Shown: piece after piece, positions 1 through 7,908 of the stretch
Layout of the letters: every line of letters starts with the position of its first letter
Numbering within the stretch: the stretch's first letter is position 1
From: Myxococcales bacterium
Lineage (GTDB): Bacteria; Myxococcota_A; UBA9042; JABWCM01; BTVJ01
Length of the DNA stretch: 64,000 nucleotides
Reading direction: 5' to 3'
Assembly: GCA_045863395.1 (NCBI GenBank)
Contig: BTVJ01000025.1
Span: 1 to 64,000, forward strand
Program-made: the position numbers and the translations under genes
The notes under the pieces: model-generated
The model's input: only the letters and a program-made list of their open reading frames with translations
Told to the model about the DNA's origin: nothing
Databases searched by the model: none

Positions 1-3000
1 GTCCACGCCGTCGCAGATCTCCAGCGCGCCGCTGTGGATCGCCTTGTCCAGAGGCTTGCAGTCGGTCACGTCCGGGTCACCGTCGTTGTCGTCGTCGGGA
101 TCGCAGTTGTTCCCGATGCCGTCACCGTCCGTGTCGGGGCCGCTGTCGTCCACCTTGCCGTTGCAGTCGTTGTCCTTGCCGTCGCACAGCTCGGGCGCCC
201 CGTGGTAGACGGTCTTGTCCAGCGGAGCGCAGTCCGTCGCGTCCGGGTCGCCGTCGTTGTCGTCGTCCGGGTCGCAGGCGTTGCCCTTGCCGTCCGAGTC
301 CGTATCGAGCTGGCCGGGGTTGTGGACCAGCGGACAGTTGTCCAGGTCGTCCACCACGCCGTCACCGTCGTCGTCCAGGTCGATGCAGTCCGACACCCCG
401 TCACCGTCCGTGTCCGGGAAGCCCTCGTCCACGAGGCCGTCGCAGTCGTCGTCGATGCCATTGCAGGCCTCCGTCGCCTTGGGGCTGATCGCCGGGTTCG
501 TCGGCGCGCAGTCCTCCGCGTCGGGCGAGCCGTCGTTGTCGTCGTCCGGGTCGCACGCGTCGCCCTTGCCGTCCGCGTCCGTGTCGAGCTGGCTCGCGTT
601 CGGAGCCAGCGGGCAGTTGTCCGCTGCGTCGGGGATCCCGTCGTTGTCGTCGTCCGGGTCGATGCAGTCAGCCATCAGGTCCCCGTCGGTGTTGGGGAAG
701 CCCTCGTCGACCTGTCCATCGCAGTTGTCGTCGATGCCGTTGCACAGCTCCACCGCGCCCGGGTAGATGGCGGCGTTGAACGGGGCGCAGTCCGCCTCAT
801 CGGGCGACCCGTCGTTGTCGTCATCCGGATCGCAGACATCGCCCTTGCCGTCCTTGTCGAAGTCGAGCTGCGGCGCGTTGGCCACGAGCGGGCAGTTGTC
901 CAAGGCGTCCAGGATCGTGTCGTTGTCGTCGTCCGGGTCGATGCAGTCTGCGAGCCCGTCCCCATCCGTGTCCGGGTAGCCCTCGTCGATGAGCCCGTCG
1001 CAGTCGTCGTCGAAGCCGTTGCACTGCTCCGACGCGCCATTGAAGACGGCCGGATTGTAGGGCGCGCAGTCGCTGCTGTCCGGGTCCCCGTCGTTGTCGT
1101 CGTCCGCGTCGCACGCGTCGCCCTGCTTGTCGCCGTCGGTGTCGCTCTGGTCGGCGTTCTTGATCAGCGGGCAGTTGTCGCTGCCGTCGGGGAGCCCGTC
1201 ATTGTCGTCGTCAGGATCGACGCAGTTCGCCAAGCCATCGCCGTCGGTGTCCAGGAACCCGTTGTCCTTGATGCCGTCACAGTCGTCGTCGAGGCCGTTG
1301 CACACCTCGACCGCGCCATGATGAATCGCGGGGTTCGCCGGCGCGCAGTCGGTCTCGTCCAGGTCGCCGTCGTTGTCGTCGTCCGGGTCGCAGGCGTCAC
1401 CGAACGCGTCTCCGTCGGTGTTGGTCTGCCCCGCATTGGGGACGTCGGGGCAGTTGTCCACACCGTTGGGCACCAGATCCCCGTCCCGGTCCGGGTCGAG
1501 GCAGTCGGGGATCCCGTCGCCGTCCATGTCGCCGAGGCCGTCATCGACGAGGCCATTGCAGTCGTCGTCGACCCCGTTGCACACCTCCTTGGCGCCCGTG
1601 AAGACGGCAGGGTTGTATGGCGCACAGTCCGTCTCATCCAGGTCACCGTCGTTGTCGTCGTCCGGGTCGCAGGCGTCGCCCGCTCCGTCGCCGTCGAAGT
1701 CGACCTGATCCGGGTTCCAGACGTCGAAGCAGTTGTCCGCGAAGTCGAACACCCCGTCGCCATCCGTGTCGTTGCCCGTGCATCCCTCCAGGCCGTTGTC
1801 GACGACTCCATCGCAGTCGTCGTCCATGCCATTGCACACCTCGACGGCCCCGTGATGGATCTTCGGGTTGAGCGGGCCGCAGTCGGTGAGGTCCGGGTCG
1901 CCGTCCCCGTCGTCGTCCTCGTCGCACGAGTCGCCGCCCCCGTCACCGTCCGAATCGATCTGGTCAGGGTTGCCGACCTTCGGACAGTTGTCGTGGATGT
2001 CCTGGATCCCGTCCCCGTCGTCGTCCTCGTCGACGCAGTCCGCGATACCGTCGCCATCCGCATCGGGGAAGCCCTCGTCCACCTCGCCGTTGCAGTTGTC
2101 GTCGGCGCCGTTGCACACCTCGGGCCCCCCGTTGTAGATGGCGGGGTTCGTGGGAGCGCAGTCCGAGAAGTCGGGGTCGCCGTCGTTGTCGTCGTCCATG
2201 TCGCACAGGTCGCCCTGACCGTCCCCGTCCGTGTCGTGCTGCCCCGGGTTGGCGACCAGCGGGCAGTTGTCCGCGATGTCCGGGATGCCGTCATTGTCGT
2301 CGTCGATGTCGGCGCAGTCGGCGATCCCGTCGCCGTCTGTGTCCTTGAAGCCCTCGTCCACCGCCCCATCGCAGTCGTCGTCCAGGCCGTTGCAGAGCTC
2401 CGGCGCCCCATGGAAGAGCTTCGGGTTCAGCGGAGCGCAGTCCGTGGCGTCCGGATCTCCGTCGTTGTCGTCGTCCGGATCGCAGGCGTCGCCAAGCGGG
2501 TCCGAATCCGAGTTCTTCTGATCCGGGTTGTGGACGTCCGGGCAGTTGTCGTAGACGTCCGGGATCCCGTCGCCGTCGTCGTCCGGGTCGATGCAATCCT
2601 TGAGCCCATCGCCGTCCGAGTCCTTGTCGAGCTCGTCGACCACACCGTCGCAGTTGTCGTCGATGCCGTTGCACTTCTCGGCCTGGCTCGGCCCCACGCT
2701 CGCGTTGAAGGGCGCGCAGTCCAGGATGTCCGGGTCGCCGTCGTTGTCGTCGTCCGGATCGCAGGCGTCGCCCGCCCCGTCGCCGTCGAAGTCCTTCTGG
2801 TTGACGTTGGCCACCAGCGGGCAGTTGTCGTTGCCATCCAGGATGCCGTCGTTGTCGTCGTCCGGGTCGATGCAGTCGGCGAGGCCGTCGCCGTCCGTGT
2901 CGGGGAAGCTCTCGTCGATCACGCCATTGCAGTTGTCATCGACGCCGTTGCAGACCTCCTGCGTGATCGACGAGATCGCCGGGTTCTTCGGCGCGCAGTC

Positions 3001-5526
3001 GGTCACGTCCGGATCGCCATCGTTGTCGTCGTCCGGGTCACAGGCGTCACCGAGCGGATCGGTGTCGCTGTTGGTCTGCTCCGGGTTCGAGACCAGCGGG
3101 CAGTTGTCCACGATGTCGAGGATCCCGTCGTTGTCGTCGTCCGGATCGCACGCGTCGCCCGCCCCATCGCCATCCGTGTCCGCCTGCAGCGGGTTCGGGG
3201 CCAGCGGACAGTTGTCGAGCGCGTCGGGCACCCCGTCGTTGTCGTCGTCCGGGTCGCACGCGTCACCCAGCCCGTCTTCGTCCGTGTCCTTCTGGGTCGG
3301 GTTCGGCACCTGCGTGCAGTTGTCGATGAGGTCGGGCACGCCGTCGCCATCCGAGTCCACGCCCGCGCAGTCGGCCTTGCCATCGCCGTCCAGGTCTGCG
3401 AAGCCCTCGTCGATCTGGCCGTTGCAGTTGTCGTCCACACCGTTGCACGCCTCGGGGGTCTTGGTCGAGACCTTCGGGTTCTTGGGCTCGCAGTCCGTCT
3501 CGTCCGGATCGCCGTCGTTGTCGTCGTCCGGGTCGCAGGCGTCACCCAGGAAGTCGTTGTCGCTGTTGGTCTGGTCCGGGTTGGCGATCAGAGGGCAGTT
3601 GTCCTGTCCGTCAGGGATCCCGTCGTTGTCGTCGTCCAGGTCCACGCAGTCCTTTGCGCCGTCGCCGTCGGTGTCCGGGAAGCCCTCGTCCACCTGGCCG
3701 TTGCAGTTGTCGTCCTTGCCGTTGCAGGCCTCCTCGTGCTTGCTGCTCACGGTCGGGTCGAGGGGCTTGCAGTCGGTGACGTCCGGGTCGGCGTCGCCGT
3801 CGTCGTCCGGGTCCACGCAGTCGGCGAAGCCGTCCTTGTCCGTGTCCGTGAAGCCCTCGTCGGCGGTGCCGTTGCAGTTGTTGTCCAGTCCGTCGCAGAT
3901 CTCCGACGCGCCTGGGTGGATCGTCGGGTTCTTTGGCGCGCAGTCGACCATATCCGGCGCGCCATCGTTGTCGTCGTCCGGGTCGCAGGCGTCGCCGAGC
4001 CCGTCGAGGTCGGTGTCCACCTGGTCCGGGTTCGCGGCGGTCGGGCAGTTGTCGTCCTCGTCGAGGAGGCCGTCGTTGTCGTCGTCCGGGTCGCAGACGT
4101 CGCCCAGGGCGTCGTTGTCGGCGTTGTCCTGCTTCGGGTTGAAGCTCAGCGGGCAGTTGTCGACGCTGTCGGGGATCCCGTCGCCATCGTCGTCTGGATC
4201 TTCGCAATCGTTGAGGCCGTCACCGTCCGTGTCGACGGCCCCGTCCTCGAGCTTGCCGTCGCAGTCGTTGTCCTTGTCGTCGCACAACTCTGGCGCGCCG
4301 TGGTACGTGAACGGGTCCAGCGGATCGCAGTCGGTGGTGTCCGGGTCGCCGTCACCGTCGTCGTCCGGGTCGACGCAATCCGCCACGCCGTCCTTGTCCG
4401 TGTCGAGGAAGCCCTCGTCCGTGTCGCCGTCGCAGTCGTCGTCGAGGCCGTTGCACTGCTCCTCCGAGATCGCGACGTCGCCCGTGCAGACGAGGCCCAC
4501 GCCGCCAGCGCCGCACTGCCACGTGCCGTTCGGGCAGGAGTCGGGGTCGTCGCCATCGCACGGGGTGCCCACGAGCGGAAAGTCCTCGTCCATCTGACCG
4601 TCGCAGTCGTTGTCCTTGCCATCGCAGAGCTCCGGCGTCGGGAAGGCGGCGTTGCAGACCAGCCCGCCCGCCCCCTTGCACTCGTAGGTCCCCGCGCAGA
4701 TCCCATGCTGCGACTCGACCGTGCAGGCCCCGCCGCCCGTCCCCTCGTCCGTCTCCCCGTCGCAGTCGTTGTCGACGCCGTCACAGCCCTCGTTGGCCGG
4801 GACGGGCGCGTCGCACGCGCCCCACCCCGTCACACTCTTGCAGACCTGCTGGCCACCGCACGTCCCGATGGCGTTCGTGATCTCGCAGCCTTGGACGACG
4901 CCGTCGATCTTGATGGTGCACGGGCACTGGTCGCCGTCGGGGATGCACTGCTTCGACGAGCCGCCCCCTTCTGCGACCGGCACGTCCTTGCAACTGAAGC
5001 CCGAGGGGCAGGAGCCCGTGACCACGCAGTCCTTGCCGCAGAAGTGACCCCGGACGCCCAGGTCGATGCACCGGTCCACCTTGGTCCCGCAGTCGTCGTC
5101 GCTGGTGCAGGGCTGACAGAGGCTCGTGATCTCGGGAACGCACAGGAAGACCACGTCGGGCCCGAACCCGGTGACCGCGCTGCAGTCCCAACCCTTGGGG
5201 CAGTTCTCGACGCACACCTCGGTGCACACCTTTGAGGTGGGCCCGTCGACGCAGTAGCCGCTCTCGCAGTCCGCATTGCTGTTGCAGGGCTTGCCGGTCT
5301 CGCCCCAGAGCGTGTCGCCCTCCGGACCCGCGTCCTCGGGACCCGTCTCCGGCAGGGTCGCGGTGTCCTTGGTCGGGACGTCCGTGCCACCCCCGGAGTC
5401 GAACCCGGTGTCCTCCCCGAGATCGCCGCCTCCCGTGGTGGCGTCGTCGTCGGGGCAGCCGACGAGGAGGACCGCGGCGAGGGCCAAGGCGAGGGAAGAG
5501 CGAGACACGAGGCGTCGGGCGTGCAT
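1..5526 (-). CDS. Giant Ca-binding surface lipoprotein with alternating thrombospondin type-3 (DxDxDGxxDxxDNCP) and MopE-like (GAxExCxGxDDDCDGxxDE) repeats; 3' end lies outside the window
   Basis: Manual translation of the reverse strand. ATG at 5526 with GGAGG 6 nt upstream. N-terminus MHARRLVSRSSLALALAAVLLVGC is a lipobox. Bases 60..1 read CKPLDKAIHSGALEICDGVD in the same frame. It is absent from the ORF track, consistent with no stop codon in the window. Confidence 0.9.
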   Translation of the reverse strand, partial: MHARRLVSRSSLALALAAVLLVGCPDDDATTGGGDLGEDTGFDSGGGTDVPTKDTATLPETGPEDAGPEGDTLWGETGKPCNSNADCESGYCVDGPTSKVCTEVCVENCPKGWDCSAVTGFGPDVVFLCVPEITSLCQPCTSDDDCGTKVDRCIDLGVRGHFCGKDCVVTGSCPSGFSCKDVPVAEGGGSSKQCIPDGDQCPCTIKIDGVVQGCEITNAIGTCGGQQVCKSVTGWGACDAPVPANEGCDGVDNDCDGETDEGTGGGACTVESQHGICAGTYECKGAGGLVCNAAFPTPELCDGKDNDCDGQMDEDFPLVGTPCDGDDPDSCPNGTWQCGAGGVGLVCTGDVAISEEQCNGLDDDCDGDTDEGFLDTDKDGVADCVDPDDDGDGDPDTTDCDPLDPFTYHGAPELCDDKDNDCDGKLEDGAVDTDGDGLNDCEDPDDDGDGIPDSVDNCPLSFNPKQDNADNDALGDVCDPDDDNDGLLDEDDNCPTAANPDQVDTDLDGLGDACDPDDDNDGAPDMVDCAPKNPTIHPGASEICDGLDNNCNGTADEGFTDTDKDGFADCVDPDDDGDADPDVTDCKPLDPTVSSKHEEACNGKDDNCNGQVDEGFPDTDGDGAKDCVDLDDDNDGIPDGQDNCPLIANPDQTNSDNDFLGDACDPDDDNDGDPDETDCEPKNPKVSTKTPEACNGVDDNCNGQIDEGFADLDGDGKADCAGVDSDGDGVPDLIDNCTQVPNPTQKDTDEDGLGDACDPDDDNDGVPDALDNCPLAPNPLQADTDGDGAGDACDPDDDNDGILDIVDNCPLVSNPEQTNSDTDPLGDACDPDDDNDGDPDVTDCAPKNPAISSITQEVCNGVDDNCNGVIDESFPDTDGDGLADCIDPDDDNDGILDGNDNCPLVANVNQKDFDGDGAGDACDPDDDNDGDPDILDCAPFNASVGPSQAEKCNGIDDNCDGVVDELDKDSDGDGLKDCIDPDDDGDGIPDVYDNCPDVHNPDQKNSDSDPLGDACDPDDDNDGDPDATDCAPLNPKLFHGAPELCNGLDDDCDGAVDEGFKDTDGDGIADCADIDDDNDGIPDIADNCPLVANPGQHDTDGDGQGDLCDMDDDNDGDPDFSDCAPTNPAIYNGGPEVCNGADDNCNGEVDEGFPDADGDGIADCVDEDDDGDGIQDIHDNCPKVGNPDQIDSDGDGGGDSCDEDDDGDGDPDLTDCGPLNPKIHHGAVEVCNGMDDDCDGVVDNGLEGCTGNDTDGDGVFDFADNCFDVWNPDQVDFDGDGAGDACDPDDDNDGDLDETDCAPYNPAVFTGAKEVCNGVDDDCNGLVDDGLGDMDGDGIPDCLDPDRDGDLVPNGVDNCPDVPNAGQTNTDGDAFGDACDPDDDNDGDLDETDCAPANPAIHHGAVEVCNGLDDDCDGIKDNGFLDTDGDGLANCVDPDDDNDGLPDGSDNCPLIKNADQSDTDGDKQGDACDADDDNDGDPDSSDCAPYNPAVFNGASEQCNGFDDDCDGLIDEGYPDTDGDGLADCIDPDDDNDTILDALDNCPLVANAPQLDFDKDGKGDVCDPDDDNDGSPDEADCAPFNAAIYPGAVELCNGIDDNCDGQVDEGFPNTDGDLMADCIDPDDDNDGIPDAADNCPLAPNASQLDTDADGKGDACDPDDDNDGSPDAEDCAPTNPAISPKATEACNGIDDDCDGLVDEGFPDTDGDGVSDCIDLDDDGDGVVDDLDNCPLVHNPGQLDTDSDGKGNACDPDDDNDGDPDATDCAPLDKTVYHGAPELCDGKDNDCNGKVDDSGPDTDGDGIGNNCDPDDDNDGDPDVTDCKPLDKAIHSGALEICDGVD
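333..3110 (-). repeat. 279-bp (93-aa) coding super-repeat of TSP3 plus MopE-like units
   Basis: The DNC anchor (cagttgtc on +) recurs at about 333, 612, 891, 1170, 1449 and 1728. After one shorter (about 255-bp) unit it recurs at 1984, 2263, 2542, 2821 and 3100. Confidence 0.85.
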
Positions 5527-5655
5527 GGGAGACCTCCGCGGGAGACCCGGGACGGATCGAGAGCAATGTTGCCGGTAGAGCATAGCGGGCAGCAGCCAAG
5601 GGGAGCAACCGGAACTCCCATTGCGCCCTGTCACCACGCGGCGTAGGGTACGCGC

Positions 5656-6492
5656 ATGGGCCGCCTTTCCGCGCTGATCGTCGCCTTGCTGCTCACGGCT
5701 TCAGGTGCGGAGGCCGGCCACAGGGTGTTCCGGGTCATCGACGGCGACACCCTCGTCCTCGGCAACGGCGACAACGTGCGGCTGCGCGGTGTGAACTCGC
5801 CCGAGCTTGGTGAGGCCGCGGCCGACGCAGCCACGGACTTCGCCCGGTCATTCGCCGAGGGAAGGGAAGCCGAGCTGGACCACGGCAAGGGGGTCGACGG
5901 GCAGCCGCTCCCGCCGGCGCGTGACGGCTACGGGCGGCTCCTGGCGGACGTCGTGGTCGACGGGCAGAGCTTGAGCGAGGCGCTGGTTCGCGAGGGCCAC
6001 GCCCACGTGTTCGTCATCCCGCCGACGCCGCTGGACATGGAGCGGCGGCTCGTGGAGCTGCAGGTGCAGGCGCGGCGCCGCAAGAAGGGCATCTGGTCGA
6101 CCCCGCGCTTCCAGGGGGCGCTGCACATCACGAGCATGCACGCGGACGCCCCCGGGGACGACCGGGAGAACCTGAACGGCGAGTACCTGCGCATCGCCAA
6201 CGTGGGCACGAGGCCGGCGGCACTCGGGGGCGTCACGCTGCAGAACCACCGCGGCATGCGCCTCACCTTCCCCGACGCGACCCTCCCGGTGGGACACACG
6301 GTCATGGTCTTCACCGGCACCGGCGAGGACCGCCTGGATTCAGCGCTGGGCCCCCTCCAGGTCTACTGGCGCCTTACCGAGCCCGCCTGGGGCAACCGGG
6401 GCGACAGGGCGATCCTCCGTTCAGCCCGGGGGCGCATCGAGGACGACCTGGAGTTCAAGCCCAAGCGACCCTTCGGGGGGCGCAAGCACTGA
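5656..6492 (+). CDS. Secreted thermonuclease (SNase) fused to a lamin-tail domain
   Basis: Signal peptide. SNase motifs VIDGDT, VRLRGVNSPE, DGYGRLLA and ARRRKKGIW. C-terminal LTD motifs NGEYLRIAN and WGNRGDRAIL. Confidence 0.85.
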   Translation: MGRLSALIVALLLTASGAEAGHRVFRVIDGDTLVLGNGDNVRLRGVNSPELGEAAADAATDFARSFAEGREAELDHGKGVDGQPLPPARDGYGRLLADVVVDGQSLSEALVREGHAHVFVIPPTPLDMERRLVELQVQARRRKKGIWSTPRFQGALHITSMHADAPGDDRENLNGEYLRIANVGTRPAALGGVTLQNHRGMRLTFPDATLPVGHTVMVFTGTGEDRLDSALGPLQVYWRLTEPAWGNRGDRAILRSARGRIEDDLEFKPKRPFGGRKH

Positions 6493-6499
6493 TTTGGTG

Positions 6500-7681
6500 T
6501 CAAGGAGCGAGCTGGCGGATCAGCTCGTCCACGTGAGGTTTGGGCAGCGCGCCCTCCGCCTTGTGCCAGTTCACGAAGAAGGTGGGCGTCGATGCGACCG
6601 CGAGGCGGGCCGCCAGGGCGATGTCCGCCTGGATCCGCGCCGCGACATCGTCGGAGCCCATGCACACCTCGAACGCTCCCCGGTCCATGCCCAGACGCCC
6701 CGCGTACTCGAGCAGATCACGCGGGCTGAGCTCCCCCTGGTTGTGGAACAGGACGTCGGCGTACTGCCAGAACTTGCCGCTGCGGCGGGCGCACTCGGCC
6801 GCCCGCGCAGCAGCACACGCATGGGGGTGCATGGGGCTCGACACGAGGGGGTTGCACGAGCTGTCCAGCGGGAAGTGGGCGAAGACCATGCGCACCTCAC
6901 TGGGACGCTCGGCAGCCACGGCCTCCAGCGTATCCCACAGCTTGCGGCAGTAGGGGCACTGGAAGTCACTGAACTCGACGATGACCACCTTGGCGTCGGC
7001 GGGGCCGCGGTAGGGTCCGTCGGGCACCTCGAAGGGCTCGACGGCCTTCCTGTTGACGATGTCCGCAGTAACGGACGCGACCTCACTGCGGTGCTCGGAG
7101 GCCATGCCGGCCTCCATGGTGCCGAACACCAGGTGGCCCACCCCGAAGGCGCCCGCCACCGACACGGCGAACACCGGAAGCGCAGGGTCGCCGAGCGGCC
7201 GTCGGAGCGCCCCGATCACGTCCGCCAGGGCGCGATGCCAGGGGCGGTCCAGAGCGATCCACGCCGCAACGAGGATCCCGGCGTTGATCCCATACCAGAT
7301 GACGCAGAAGGGGCAGAAGCTGCCCTCCGCAATCGAGGCCGCCGCCATCAGCAGCGACACTGCTCCCCCCCCGATGCCCAGCCAGAAGAGGAGCGGCAGC
7401 GCCACGGCGACGCGGCCAGCCAGCGCAAGCAGGGCGGCTGCGGCGATGCCAGTATCCACCGCGACGCCGACGAAGGCGACGGGCACACCCGCGATGGCGC
7501 TCCAGCGGCTCTTGACGGCGACATCGCAGCCCTTGGAGGAGAGCTGGTTGCACGTGCCGCTGTCGTAGGTCTGCTTGACCTCGAACTGCACGTGCAGGCG
7601 GGTGAGGTAGACGCCGTCGGCGACCCCCGCCACAGCGAGCAGCACGAGCACGACCAGGGCGAAGCGTCTAGAGGTCTTCAT
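6500..7681 (-). CDS. Vitamin K epoxide reductase (VKOR) - DsbA thioredoxin fusion
   Basis: Start MKTSRRF at 7681 with GGAGG upstream. VKOR loop C-x7-C..V..S.WS.IAGVP and CPFC. DsbA motifs FSDFQCPYC, HFPL and STPTF. Confidence 0.88.
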   Translation of the reverse strand: MKTSRRFALVVLVLLAVAGVADGVYLTRLHVQFEVKQTYDSGTCNQLSSKGCDVAVKSRWSAIAGVPVAFVGVAVDTGIAAAALLALAGRVAVALPLLFWLGIGGGAVSLLMAAASIAEGSFCPFCVIWYGINAGILVAAWIALDRPWHRALADVIGALRRPLGDPALPVFAVSVAGAFGVGHLVFGTMEAGMASEHRSEVASVTADIVNRKAVEPFEVPDGPYRGPADAKVVIVEFSDFQCPYCRKLWDTLEAVAAERPSEVRMVFAHFPLDSSCNPLVSSPMHPHACAAARAAECARRSGKFWQYADVLFHNQGELSPRDLLEYAGRLGMDRGAFEVCMGSDDVAARIQADIALAARLAVASTPTFFVNWHKAEGALPKPHVDELIRQLAP

Positions 7682-7798
7682 GGGGGCCTTCCTCCGCGAG
7701 CACCGACCGGAGGGACCCGCGGCTGCTCCATTTGCCACAGCACGCGCCGACGCGCAAGGCATGAGGTCACCGCCAGGAGCGAGGGTGGGAAAAAGCGC

Positions 7799-7828
7799 TT
7801 GCACGCAAAGCGACCGCTTCACTAGAGT
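7799..7828 (+). promoter_or_regulatory. Putative sigma70-type promoter of the deiminase gene
   Basis: TTGCAC-N18-TAGAGT about 80 nt upstream of ATG 7909. Confidence 0.35.
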
Positions 7829-7908
7829 GCTTTCACCTGTCGCTGGCGGCGCCCGTGCGCCCGAACCTCATTGATGAGGCCCGACCCCCGATCCTCTGGA
7901 GTGTGACC

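Noticed and set aside
34..5235. 1733-aa Val-rich plus-strand ORF (and the Ser-rich 2591..4597 ORF)
   Set aside because: Antisense shadow of the Asp/Cys-repeat lipoprotein: GAC codons read as GTC. The minus frame has an RBS, a lipobox and known repeat motifs.
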